A stretch of DNA of 64,000 nucleotides from Limnochordia bacterium. GTDB taxonomy: Bacteria; Bacillota; Limnochordia; DTU080. The notes beneath the pieces are model-generated. The model worked only from the letters and a program-made list of their open reading frames with translations. It made no database searches and was not told where the DNA came from. Location of the stretch: assembly GCA_050951545.1 (NCBI GenBank), contig JBMNJG010000007.1, positions 32,001-96,000 on the forward strand, read 5' to 3'. The position numbers and the translations under genes were made by a program. Shown here in pieces: positions 28,944 through 37,976 of the stretch. The first letter of the stretch is position 1, and every line of letters begins with the position of its first letter.

Positions 28944-29987
28944 TTGGCCCGAGCAGCTATCGGTATTGACTTCGGTCATTCGCATGTCAAATTGGTTGAG
29001 CTGAGGCGAAGCGGTCGCCAAGTCCAGCTGAAGAGGGCGTCACTGTTGCCTCTGCCCCCGGCGACATTGCGGGCGGGCGAGGTGGCTGATGAAAAGGTGT
29101 TGGCCGATTCGCTGTCGGACTTGATTCCTGGGTTACGCATGGAGCGAGCTGCGGTGGTTGCGGGTTGTAGTGGTCCTGCCGTTGCTGTGCGGGCTATGAC
29201 CCTGCAAACGGCTCCCAACGAGGATCTCGATCTGGCTGTGTACCAGGAGCTGGCCGCCTTGTTACGTCTTGAGCCAGCGCGCATGGAAGAGTACTATTTC
29301 GATTACCACGTCTTGCCCTCCAACGGCCCGAGTGAGCAAGAGGTCGTGGCGGTGGGTGTGGAAAGGAAAGTGGTTGAGGGCTATCTGAGGCCGCTGCGCA
29401 CGGCTCATCTAGATGCCCATGTGCTCGATGTCGCTGCGTTTGCTTTGCCTCGCGTAGAGGCGTTACCCGGACAAGTCTGCTACATAGATATCGGGGCTGA
29501 GTACACTGAGGTGATGGTCACCTCTGATCAGGAGTACGTGGTTTTCCGACGGATCCCCGGTGGTATGAACCACCTGATCTCTGCTGCAGCGGTTGGGTAC
29601 AGCATCTCTCAGTCAGAGGCCCGGAAGCTGTGTGAACAGACACACATCGATGAGCTGGTAACAGAGGCTCCTGGTGATCGCACGCATCTGCAGCGTGTGC
29701 TTCAGGAGATTGCGGGAGGTGTCGTGCAGACGTTGGAGTTTCTGCGCGTAAGACAGCGGGCTTCTTCGATCACCGAGCTCCTGGCCGCAGCGTTGGTTTG
29801 TGGCGGCGGCGCGCTGCAACCGGGCATGGTGCAGATGCTTCGTGAAGAGCTGGGCCTACACGTCGAGGTGATGCGCCCGCTCTCTTCCTTGTCTGGCGCG
29901 GAGGGATTATCCCCAAACACAGTGGCTACGGAGCCGCTTTTCGCGAGCGCAGTCGGTTTGGCTATGCGTGGAGTTGAAGACCTATGA
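28944..29987 (+). CDS. pilM: PilM actin-like alignment protein
   Basis: IGIDFG...VK.VEL, IDIGA, CGGGA, AVGLAMR. Confidence 0.9.
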   Translation: MARAAIGIDFGHSHVKLVELRRSGRQVQLKRASLLPLPPATLRAGEVADEKVLADSLSDLIPGLRMERAAVVAGCSGPAVAVRAMTLQTAPNEDLDLAVYQELAALLRLEPARMEEYYFDYHVLPSNGPSEQEVVAVGVERKVVEGYLRPLRTAHLDAHVLDVAAFALPRVEALPGQVCYIDIGAEYTEVMVTSDQEYVVFRRIPGGMNHLISAAAVGYSISQSEARKLCEQTHIDELVTEAPGDRTHLQRVLQEIAGGVVQTLEFLRVRQRASSITELLAAALVCGGGALQPGMVQMLREELGLHVEVMRPLSSLSGAEGLSPNTVATEPLFASAVGLAMRGVEDL

Positions 29988-30544
29988 TCCGGATTAACCT
30001 CATACCCCCAAGCGAACGGGCATCACTGAAGGTGATTCGACCGACCATCATTTTCGTGGTTTTGGCTGCTTTAGTGGTCGCCGCCTTGACTTCTGCCACT
30101 GTCTACATGCGCTGGCAGGTCGCCAACGAGAAGAGTCGTTTGGCGAGTTACAAAGACACCGTGGCTGCAGTAGGGCGCTATCGCCAAGAGCAGGCCTCAC
30201 TAGAGCAGAAGACGCGGGAGCTCGTCACTCTAGCACATCCGCTGCAAGAGGAGCTGGCGGGGCGGCAGCTGGCTCTAGATTTGGAGCTGTTGTTGTCCAG
30301 GGCGGCGAACAAGGCTGCTGGTAGTAACGTCTGGTTGCGAGAGCTGATCCTGCAAAGAGATGGTGCCCTTTCTCTAACGGGCTATGCGGTCGAGTTTGGC
30401 GATGTCTCACGGTTTTTGACGGCTGTAGGCCAGGATCCGTTCACAGTTCAGTCAAGCAGTACGGAGTGGGTAGAGCGAGACGGCGCTCGCTTGCTGGAGT
30501 TCTCCGCTCGGATAGCAGCGGTGAAGGGGGGCGCTGAGACGTGA
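29984..30544 (+). CDS. pilN: PilN
   Basis: IRINLIP motif, single TM, coiled coil, VWLREL. Confidence 0.85.
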   Translation: MIRINLIPPSERASLKVIRPTIIFVVLAALVVAALTSATVYMRWQVANEKSRLASYKDTVAAVGRYRQEQASLEQKTRELVTLAHPLQEELAGRQLALDLELLLSRAANKAAGSNVWLRELILQRDGALSLTGYAVEFGDVSRFLTAVGQDPFTVQSSSTEWVERDGARLLEFSARIAAVKGGAET

Positions 30545-31515
30545 GCATCCAGCTGACCCGTCTGGAGGGTGAGGGACGGCACGTGGTCCTGTTCGTGTTG
30601 GGGAGTCTCGCGCTGTTGGTGGCCTTTTGGCTACTCGTGTATATGCCGTCTAAGGCAGAGTTGACGCAACTACGTGCAGAGATCGCGGGGATCAAAGACA
30701 GCCTTGGTGCCGCAGAGGCGGTACAGCACCAGCATGGGGCTACTATGTCTTCCTATCGAGAGGCTCGCCACCAGGCCGGGAATCTGCTGAGCAAATTCCC
30801 CCGTGAAGACGACCTGCCCGAAATCATGGAAGCGTTTGACAAGGTAGCGCGCAGTCAAGGCGCCAGAATAGAGACTACCGACTACTCAGCAGTGAAGTGG
30901 GACCCTGTCTTGGGGCGCGTGCAGGTGACGGCTATGCTCAGAGGCGGCTACCCGGCGATAGGGGCCACGGCGATCAACATCGCGCGTGTGCTGCCCTCCG
31001 CTCGCTTGGAGCAGATGCGTGTCAACGCCCGGCAAGCGGCTGAAGCAAAGGGTCAGAACGCCGCTACGGATCTCCGGGTGGACTACCTTGAAGCGGAGAT
31101 GGTTTTTTCCATCTTGCTCGTGGCCAGTAGAGGCACCGAGCGGACAGACGGCGCTGATGACAATCAGCCGCCTCGAGGCGATCCGCGATTGGTTCAGCTT
31201 CTGGAGAACCAAGGAAGTTGGTACCCCAGACCAGCAGGCGGCACGTCCTTGGGGACGTACGATCTCTTTCGGCCTTCTGCAAAGGCAAGGGAAATGATAG
31301 CGCTGCTGCAGACGTTGGAGAGGTATCAGAAGGCACGGGTAAGCGGGATCGCGCAGAGCGGTGCTCGTCAGATCGCTACAGTCAACTTTGAGGGTCGCAC
31401 GTACCGATTACAGCCTGGAGATCAGTTGGTGCAGGCTCGGGTGAGCAGTGTCAGTAGAGATGGAGTTACGCTGAGTATTGCAGGGCGGACCTTGATGCTT
31501 AGATTGGGGGAGTAA
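30541..31515 (+). CDS. pilO: PilO-like protein with C-terminal PilP/GspC-like extension
   Basis: N-terminal TM, coiled coil, P...DLP, GGY; tail SGIA..G...A.V...G..Y.L.PGD. Confidence 0.6.
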   Translation: MSIQLTRLEGEGRHVVLFVLGSLALLVAFWLLVYMPSKAELTQLRAEIAGIKDSLGAAEAVQHQHGATMSSYREARHQAGNLLSKFPREDDLPEIMEAFDKVARSQGARIETTDYSAVKWDPVLGRVQVTAMLRGGYPAIGATAINIARVLPSARLEQMRVNARQAAEAKGQNAATDLRVDYLEAEMVFSILLVASRGTERTDGADDNQPPRGDPRLVQLLENQGSWYPRPAGGTSLGTYDLFRPSAKAREMIALLQTLERYQKARVSGIAQSGARQIATVNFEGRTYRLQPGDQLVQARVSSVSRDGVTLSIAGRTLMLRLGE

Positions 31516-31517
31516 GA

Positions 31518-32654
31518 GTGAATAGACATGTGCTACATGTGATGTTGTGTGTCATGCTCTTGGTCATGGTACAAGCTGTCGTGGTAGCAGATGCCTCGCA
31601 GCCACCGTTGGTTGATCTCGAGTTTCGGGATGCGGAGATCCTAGATATCTACCAGGTGTTGGGTGATCTGGCAGGCTGGAACGTCGTTGCCGATCAGAGT
31701 GTCAAGGGCAAGTTTGGCTTATCGTTGCGTGCCACTCCCCTCACCCAAGCCCTAGACCTAGTAGCGCAATCGACGGGTTTTGGTTACCACCTCATGGGTA
31801 ATACGCTGGTCGTGGTACCAGCAAGTCGCCTGAAGGCGATGGCTCCCCGCGATTTCGCCCTGCTTTCTGTGAGACACATGGCACTGGAGACCGCCAAGGC
31901 GCTGTTGGAGGCTGGAGTGCCGGGCGTCACTGTCAGTTTGGACCAGAGACAGCGGGCAGTGCTCGTGCAGGGGACGGCTGCGGAGGTGCAAGATGCCCAA
32001 GCGGTACTGGCCAAATATGACGTGGCTCCCACCGAAAACGAGTTTGACTTTGTCGACCAGTCAGTAGCCGAAATACTACGCACGCTGGCCAAGAGTGCAG
32101 GGCTCAATGTGCTCGTGGAAGGGGCGATCAGTGGTCGGCTGACCATCTATCTGAAGGATGTCTCGGCACGTGAGGCGATCAACCTGGTAGCAGAAAGAAC
32201 AGGTGTGGTTCAAGAAGAGACGGCAGACAACATCCTGATTTTGCGCCAAGGCACCGCCAAACCAGCGCTGGTGGAGCCAGTCGATAGCCGTATTCTTCCC
32301 CTAAAGTACCTACCGCTTAATACAGGAAAGGAACTGATTGTAGCAGCCTTTCCACGCATGGATGTCCGTACCGGTCAGGGTGGCAACTTTTTGGTGGTGC
32401 AGGGGCCTGCCAGTCAGCTCGATGCAGTGGAGGCCTTCTTGGCCGAGCAGGATTTCCCCGTCGTCCGTCTGGTTGGCTTAGTCCAGCACGACACAGGTCT
32501 GAGGGCGTTACTAGAGATCGCTGGTCGTTCGCATATCGTGCGCGAGGGCCAGGTCCTAGATGATCTGGTGGTGGAGCGCATCACACAGACGAGTGTTGTC
32601 GTACGTAAGGGAGAGCGGACACAGACCCTGACGGCAGGTGGTGCAGGCCAGTGA
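31518..32654 (+). CDS. Secreted protein of secretin N-terminal (STN/N) domains lacking the pore domain
   Basis: Signal peptide; two copies of L.F.D..I..I...LA...G.NV motif, each followed by an N-domain-like segment. Confidence 0.65.
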   Translation: MNRHVLHVMLCVMLLVMVQAVVVADASQPPLVDLEFRDAEILDIYQVLGDLAGWNVVADQSVKGKFGLSLRATPLTQALDLVAQSTGFGYHLMGNTLVVVPASRLKAMAPRDFALLSVRHMALETAKALLEAGVPGVTVSLDQRQRAVLVQGTAAEVQDAQAVLAKYDVAPTENEFDFVDQSVAEILRTLAKSAGLNVLVEGAISGRLTIYLKDVSAREAINLVAERTGVVQEETADNILILRQGTAKPALVEPVDSRILPLKYLPLNTGKELIVAAFPRMDVRTGQGGNFLVVQGPASQLDAVEAFLAEQDFPVVRLVGLVQHDTGLRALLEIAGRSHIVREGQVLDDLVVERITQTSVVVRKGERTQTLTAGGAGQ

Positions 32655-34342
32655 AGAGTGTGACGGGTGCCAGACACACAGCTTTCATCGGGCGACTGAT
32701 CGTGGCAGTCGTCTGCACCCTGGGGTGGTTGTTGGCTGCGGGGCCATCTGCTGTAGCAGCCCAACCACTGGCACCAGAAGCCTCAGGCTTAGTTACTCTC
32801 TCGCTACATGACGCTGATGCCAAGAGCGTGTTTACGCTCTTGGCTGAGCTGGCGGGTCTTAATCTCGTCGTGGACCCTGCAGTACAAATGCCTGTGACCA
32901 TCTCACTGCGTGAGGTGCCTGTGCGAGAGGCGATAGCCCTCAGTGCCAAAGCTGCCCGAGCTTCGGCTGTGATCACGGGGGATCTCCTTGTGGTGAGCGC
33001 AGTCGAGTCGATGGAGGGTGACCGGCCTTCGTTGGAGGCAGTGCTGACGAACGTCTACATGTTACAGCACGTTGAGCCAAACAAGGTGGTCGAACTGGCC
33101 AACCTGGTGGTGCCCACACTCAAGGTCAGTGGTGATGAGACCACCAAGCGCCTGGTTGCTCGGGGCACGATGGCTGAGCAAGAGGAGTTCGCGCAGTTTC
33201 TCAGCCAGTTTGATCGCCCATTGCGGCAAGTGCTTATCGAGGCCCGGGTGGAGGAAGTATCACGCGAAAGTGCGCGTTCTCTTGGTGTGCGATGGAGTAT
33301 ACCCAAGATTTCGGCTCAGTGGAATGCCGAAATTGGCTCACTGCCGTTCTCTGTGGAGAAGCTTGAGGCTCAGCTGGATGCGTTGGAGGAGACTGGGCAT
33401 GCTCGCCTATTGGCCCGACCGAATATCACGGCGGTTAGCGGCGAGAAGGCCACCATATTCGTCGGCGATCGCATCCCGATTGTCCTCAAGGGTGGGCCGG
33501 AAGAGCGCGACCGCATCGAGTACATCGAGGCTGGCATACAGCTAGAGATCGTGGCCAGAGTGGGTGATGATGGCCTAATCACCACTCACGTGAAGCCGCA
33601 GGTCAGTAGTATTGTCGGTCAGACAGCCACGGAAGGCCTACCACACATTCGTACCCGGACTGCAGAAACGACGGTGCGTGTTGTTGATGGCGAATCGATC
33701 GTTATCGGTGGCCTGATTCAAGAAGAAGACCGGGAAGGTATGGCTGGTTTGCCCGGCCTGGGGAGCTTGCCTATCGTGGGAACGCTGTTTCAGAGGGATG
33801 AGATCAAGGGCAGGCAGTTTGAGACCCTGATTATCCTTACGCCCCACATTGTCGATGGGGCATCAGGGGAGGTCGCCTACAGAGATCGTGTGCAGCAAGA
33901 TCATGACTGGCTCACTCCACTGCCCGCCGTCGATATAGAGACCCGAGAGAGGCGGTTTGCCCCGCGGGCGGTGCTCAGCATAGCCTTACCAGCCTCTGCG
34001 CAGGGGGAGGTAGCTCTTGGCTGGGCCAATCAGTGGTCGCGTTGGGAGATGCGTTTGGCCTTGGCCTTTCAGGACACGGAAACCGACAATCTGCGCTGTG
34101 GCCTAGGGTGGCGTATTGACGATCGCTGGGCATGGTTGCGCGTGGGGGGCGACGCAGTGCTCTCCACCGATGCTCTCGCGAAGCGGCCGCGGTGGGAAGC
34201 GGAACTCGCGGTGGGGCTTAATCTGACGCCACGCAGCGATGTCTTCGTTGAGCCTTGGGCCAGCATGACATGGCCCGTAAACAGCCAAGGTTTCGGCGCC
34301 ATGCGCCCAGCTATCGGTCTTTCGCTTGGCGTGCGTAACTAG
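32651..34342 (+). CDS. pilQ: Secretin (PilQ/GspD family)
   Basis: FDRPLRQVLIEARVEEV, LARPNI, A.IFVGDRIP, GESIVIGGL, LPGLG.LP..G.LF, IILTPHIV. Confidence 0.88.
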   Translation: MKSVTGARHTAFIGRLIVAVVCTLGWLLAAGPSAVAAQPLAPEASGLVTLSLHDADAKSVFTLLAELAGLNLVVDPAVQMPVTISLREVPVREAIALSAKAARASAVITGDLLVVSAVESMEGDRPSLEAVLTNVYMLQHVEPNKVVELANLVVPTLKVSGDETTKRLVARGTMAEQEEFAQFLSQFDRPLRQVLIEARVEEVSRESARSLGVRWSIPKISAQWNAEIGSLPFSVEKLEAQLDALEETGHARLLARPNITAVSGEKATIFVGDRIPIVLKGGPEERDRIEYIEAGIQLEIVARVGDDGLITTHVKPQVSSIVGQTATEGLPHIRTRTAETTVRVVDGESIVIGGLIQEEDREGMAGLPGLGSLPIVGTLFQRDEIKGRQFETLIILTPHIVDGASGEVAYRDRVQQDHDWLTPLPAVDIETRERRFAPRAVLSIALPASAQGEVALGWANQWSRWEMRLALAFQDTETDNLRCGLGWRIDDRWAWLRVGGDAVLSTDALAKRPRWEAELAVGLNLTPRSDVFVEPWASMTWPVNSQGFGAMRPAIGLSLGVRN

Positions 34343-34358
34343 GAGGTGACAGATACCT

Positions 34359-34832
34359 GTGGGTAGAGCCAGAACCAGAGCCGCTGAGGCGGGGTATACC
34401 CTCTTAGAGGTGATCGTGGTGATCACCGTGCTCATGATACTGAGCGGGGCGGCGCTCAGCATGATGCGCAGTGGCACCACCTCTGCAGCTCGCTTCAGGT
34501 ATCTGTTCAACGCTCAGACCCGTCTGACCAGGGTTATCAAGGAGATCAGCTACGGCTATGGGGGTAGCCAAGGTGCAGCAGGTGCGTCCAAGGTTGAGAA
34601 ACTGGAGGATGGCTCTTTGCGCATCGATGACGTGGAGTACTTCATGGAGGGCAGTACGTTGAAGCGTAGGCGGGCGGGAAACGAGAGCGTTGTTCTAACT
34701 GGGGTCGAGAGCTTTGAGCCCACAGTGACTGGGCAAGTGCTCAGCATCATCTTGGCCGAGGCTCCCGCAAAGGCTGGGGGCCAGGGATTACGCGTGACCC
34801 AACGCGTCTTCCTGCGAGGTGTTGGCCCATGA
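34359..34832 (+). CDS. Minor pilin
   Basis: Prepilin motif AG|YTLLEVIVVI. Confidence 0.8.
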   Translation: MGRARTRAAEAGYTLLEVIVVITVLMILSGAALSMMRSGTTSAARFRYLFNAQTRLTRVIKEISYGYGGSQGAAGASKVEKLEDGSLRIDDVEYFMEGSTLKRRRAGNESVVLTGVESFEPTVTGQVLSIILAEAPAKAGGQGLRVTQRVFLRGVGP

Positions 34833-35182
34833 GAGGTGACGATCGTGGAGCGACCCTTATCGAAGTGATCATGGGTATTGTGCTTCTGGGCCTCTTGGCA
34901 CCTGTCATCTTCTATATGGTTTTCTCGATCAGCCAGAGCTTCAGGCGGACCATGGAGCAGGAGCAAGTCTACCAGTTGGTGCAGTCAGCGATAGAACAAG
35001 CGAAAGCCACTGGTCCTGAGACAGTCGGTGAAAAGATCGCAACCTCCCTGCCACCCGGCTACTCCGTCGAGGTGGCCCAAGAGGATCCGCAAGTGGACGA
35101 ACTCGATGTGGCGGCTTATCGTGTGAGGGTTGCCAAAAGCGATGGCACAAGGTTCGAATTCGCGTATTACTGGAAACCGTAG
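34829..35182 (+). CDS. Minor pilin (PilV-like)
   Basis: RG|ATLIEVIMGI. Confidence 0.8.
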   Translation: MRGDDRGATLIEVIMGIVLLGLLAPVIFYMVFSISQSFRRTMEQEQVYQLVQSAIEQAKATGPETVGEKIATSLPPGYSVEVAQEDPQVDELDVAAYRVRVAKSDGTRFEFAYYWKP

Positions 35183-35214
35183 GGCGCAGCCTGCGGATGG
35201 AAAGGAGTTAGCCT

Positions 35215-36567
35215 ATGCTATCTACGGGCAGAACCACCAGGATTCTCGCCAAGGAAGAGCGGGGTTCTGTGATGATCACCGTTATGATCTCTTTCTTGCT
35301 CGCTGCCTCAATTCTGGGGGCGACCACGGTGATGGTGCCAGTGCTCTGGCGCAATACGACAGCCTTTGGTCGCCAGATGCTGGCCATGCAAGCTGCGGAA
35401 TCCGGACTGGAGCATGCCAAAGCGTGGATAAAGGTGAATGGGCTAGCCAAGTTCGGTGGGGAATACCCTCACACGCCCACGAAGGCTCAGCATGCCGTCG
35501 CTGATGGGGGTTCGTTTGCGGTGGTGTACGCGGACGGCAGACTGATCTCAACGGCCACCTACGCTGGTGTGAAGCGCACTGTAAGTGCCGCGGTGGCGAA
35601 CACAGGTCACCCTACGGCGGCGATCTATGGCACGAGCGGAGATGACGGGAAGTGTTTCGAGATGATGGGGTCGGCAAAGATCGACGGCTCCGTGGCCGTT
35701 GCGGCAACAGGAAGAAACTCCGTCTCTCTGAAGGGCAGTTCCGAGGTGACTGGAGATTTCCTTGTCGGCCCTGGAGGAAATCCAGCTCAGGTGATCTCCG
35801 GGCGGGAGCACATCAGAGGAGATGTTGACGCCCTCGCAGCGACGCCGAGCTACCTTCTCCCCCCCTTCCCGTCGTTTCCCAAGGACAAGTCACCTCGCGA
35901 TGACGTCAGCACGAAGACGAAGAAAGAGATCACCGAGAGCGGGTACTACCCAAAGATAACGGTTGAGAAAGGTGACACACTGACCTTTGATGTCTCAGCG
36001 GGCGACCTGGAGATCTGGACGAGTAGCTTGGACCTCAAGAACGGTCACATTCAGTTGGTAGGGGAGCACAGGCTGTATCTGTACGTGGATGGCAAGGTTA
36101 ATCTTCAGCAAGGCTCGACCATCAACAGCGGGGGTGACTCCGAGGCCTTGGTGGTCTACTACAGCGACAAGCACCAGATCAAGTTTCACAAAGACACGAC
36201 CTTTGTGGGAACGCTGTATGTCGGAAGCAAGGACGCGAAGCTCGAATTCGCCAGCGATGATTCCGAGTCCGAGGAGAACATCCTCGGTGGTAGTCGTTTT
36301 AGGGGCAGCATAATCTCCGCTGGTGAGTCCATTACGTTCAAACACGGAGCGTCGTTTGAGGGAATGCTCTACGCGCCGGACGCTCGTTTGTCGATGCGAA
36401 ACAGCGCGTCCATTAGCGGGAGCCTCGTCAGCAAGAGCATAGAGATGCGTCACGCATCGATGGTTACCTATGAACCCGTCGATGTCGCTGGTATACCTGG
36501 TATCGGTATCCCCGCCTTCGAGGACGGCGAGATCTCCTTCGCGGGGTGGCGCGTGGTCAACCCTTAA
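35215..36567 (+). CDS. PilX-like minor pilin/adhesin with beta-solenoid-like C-terminus
   Basis: ERG|SVMITVM, A.QAAESG.E.A, repeated F.G.LY/G.LYAP strands. Confidence 0.75.
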   Translation: MLSTGRTTRILAKEERGSVMITVMISFLLAASILGATTVMVPVLWRNTTAFGRQMLAMQAAESGLEHAKAWIKVNGLAKFGGEYPHTPTKAQHAVADGGSFAVVYADGRLISTATYAGVKRTVSAAVANTGHPTAAIYGTSGDDGKCFEMMGSAKIDGSVAVAATGRNSVSLKGSSEVTGDFLVGPGGNPAQVISGREHIRGDVDALAATPSYLLPPFPSFPKDKSPRDDVSTKTKKEITESGYYPKITVEKGDTLTFDVSAGDLEIWTSSLDLKNGHIQLVGEHRLYLYVDGKVNLQQGSTINSGGDSEALVVYYSDKHQIKFHKDTTFVGTLYVGSKDAKLEFASDDSESEENILGGSRFRGSIISAGESITFKHGASFEGMLYAPDARLSMRNSASISGSLVSKSIEMRHASMVTYEPVDVAGIPGIGIPAFEDGEISFAGWRVVNP

Positions 36568-36751
36568 GTCAGAGGAGTACACACGGAAAATAGCCGCGAA
36601 CTGCCGCTCGCGCCGTCGCCGTGTCTCTTGGTACACCCGAAAATCAGTGCAGACGTGTAGCCCTGATCGCCGGCGGCGGGTGGACGCGCACTAGCATTGG
36701 CTGCACGGCTGATGTGAGCCCTGACGAAGTGGACGAGGTTACCCAGGGTGA

Positions 36752-37813
36752 TTACTCGTCTTGCGTTTCCTCTGATTCGCTGGCGGTTCCCCAGCCACGT
36801 TCATCTATTCTTTGCTGGTACTCACCGCATCTACACTCGAGATAGTTGATGAGCTTCCGGTTGAAGTCCTGACCGCGCCGGAATGGCAGCCGCCTGTGAA
36901 TCTTGCGCTTGATGATCTTGCAGGACAGCTCGTGAGCCTGAATCACGATCAGCTTGATCTTCTTCTTAGCGCAGATCTGCTGTTTGGTCTGGTCACGGCA
37001 TTGCTGCTTATGGACCTGCTCAGCCGAATTCCGCTCCGTGACGCGGTAGTGTTGCGCCCCATTGAACTCCATGGCCGTATTGTGCAAGTAATAGAAGAGA
37101 TCGACCTCCAGACGCTTGCCAGTTGCTGGGTTCCTCATGAAACCTGGGCGCATTCCGTCGTCGAAGTCAAGGCAATCGACAAGCGCCAAGAAGATAGCCT
37201 GCATGAGAGCCTCTCCGAGGTGCGTAGCGCGGTGGAGCTCATCCTGCACGTCTAGTATTTCTTTTACATTTCGCTTATCAACCGGGTTGTGGAGAGTGAA
37301 GCGAATCGGTGCCCGCTTGTGCGCCTGCTCCATCTCCAGCCAACCATGCTTGGCCAACTGACGAGCCGCGTGTTTGATGGTTTGGGGGCTCAGACTCATC
37401 CGGCCGGCTAACTCAGCGTATGTGAACTGCCTTTTGCGAGGTGGGTCCGTAGGTTTGGACAGCAGTAGGGCATAAACCAATTTGGCCTGTGCATGGATTT
37501 CAGTAGCCATGACTAGCTCGACAGGCACGGAGACCCTGTCCGGGGATGGCTTCTGTGCCGCGGTCTGGCTAGGTCCCCGCCTAGCCGGTGGAGCAAACCA
37601 GCCCTCGGTGGTTAGCTTGGCTGTCGCCCTGCGAACGGTAGGCCGGGACATACCCGTGCGCCGCCCCAGGCGGCTGGGCGAGAAAAGGAAACTTTCCTCC
37701 AGCTGATCATCCATCGTTAAGGCCATCCAAACGATCTTCTCGCTGGCTTTTAGCTCGCGAGTCAGTAGCAGTGAGAGCGGCACGTTCACCTCATCTACAT
37801 AGAGAGAGTACAA
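36752..37813 (-). CDS. Tandem winged-HTH protein with C-terminal Vsr/DUF559/EDxHD-like nuclease domain (paralog 2)
   Basis: Aligns end to end with 923-1951 (SPSRLGRRTGMSRPTVRRA; NPATGKRLEVD..AMEFNGAQHY..RDQTK); TTG start 37813 after GAGGTG. Confidence 0.75.
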   Translation of the reverse strand: MYSLYVDEVNVPLSLLLTRELKASEKIVWMALTMDDQLEESFLFSPSRLGRRTGMSRPTVRRATAKLTTEGWFAPPARRGPSQTAAQKPSPDRVSVPVELVMATEIHAQAKLVYALLLSKPTDPPRKRQFTYAELAGRMSLSPQTIKHAARQLAKHGWLEMEQAHKRAPIRFTLHNPVDKRNVKEILDVQDELHRATHLGEALMQAIFLALVDCLDFDDGMRPGFMRNPATGKRLEVDLFYYLHNTAMEFNGAQHYRVTERNSAEQVHKQQCRDQTKQQICAKKKIKLIVIQAHELSCKIIKRKIHRRLPFRRGQDFNRKLINYLECRCGEYQQRIDERGWGTASESEETQDE

Positions 37814-37831
37814 GGGCCTCACCTCACACAA

Positions 37832-37866
37832 CGACCGTGTGTTCGATTGTCTCGATGCGATGTTCG
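37832..37866 (-). promoter_or_regulatory. Tandem LexA/SOS box-like operators
   Basis: Minus strand CGAACATCGCATCG (37866-37853) and CGAACACACGGTCG (37845-37832) just upstream of the RBS. Confidence 0.55.
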
Positions 37867-37976
37867 GTACGTGAGGCCAGAATCCTTCCACAGACAATAG
37901 TTCTTCGCTGACTGCGCGCGCATTGCCAGCCAAGACCCGGTGGCCACCGAAAGTGAAATGCGTTTCCCGTTCGGAT

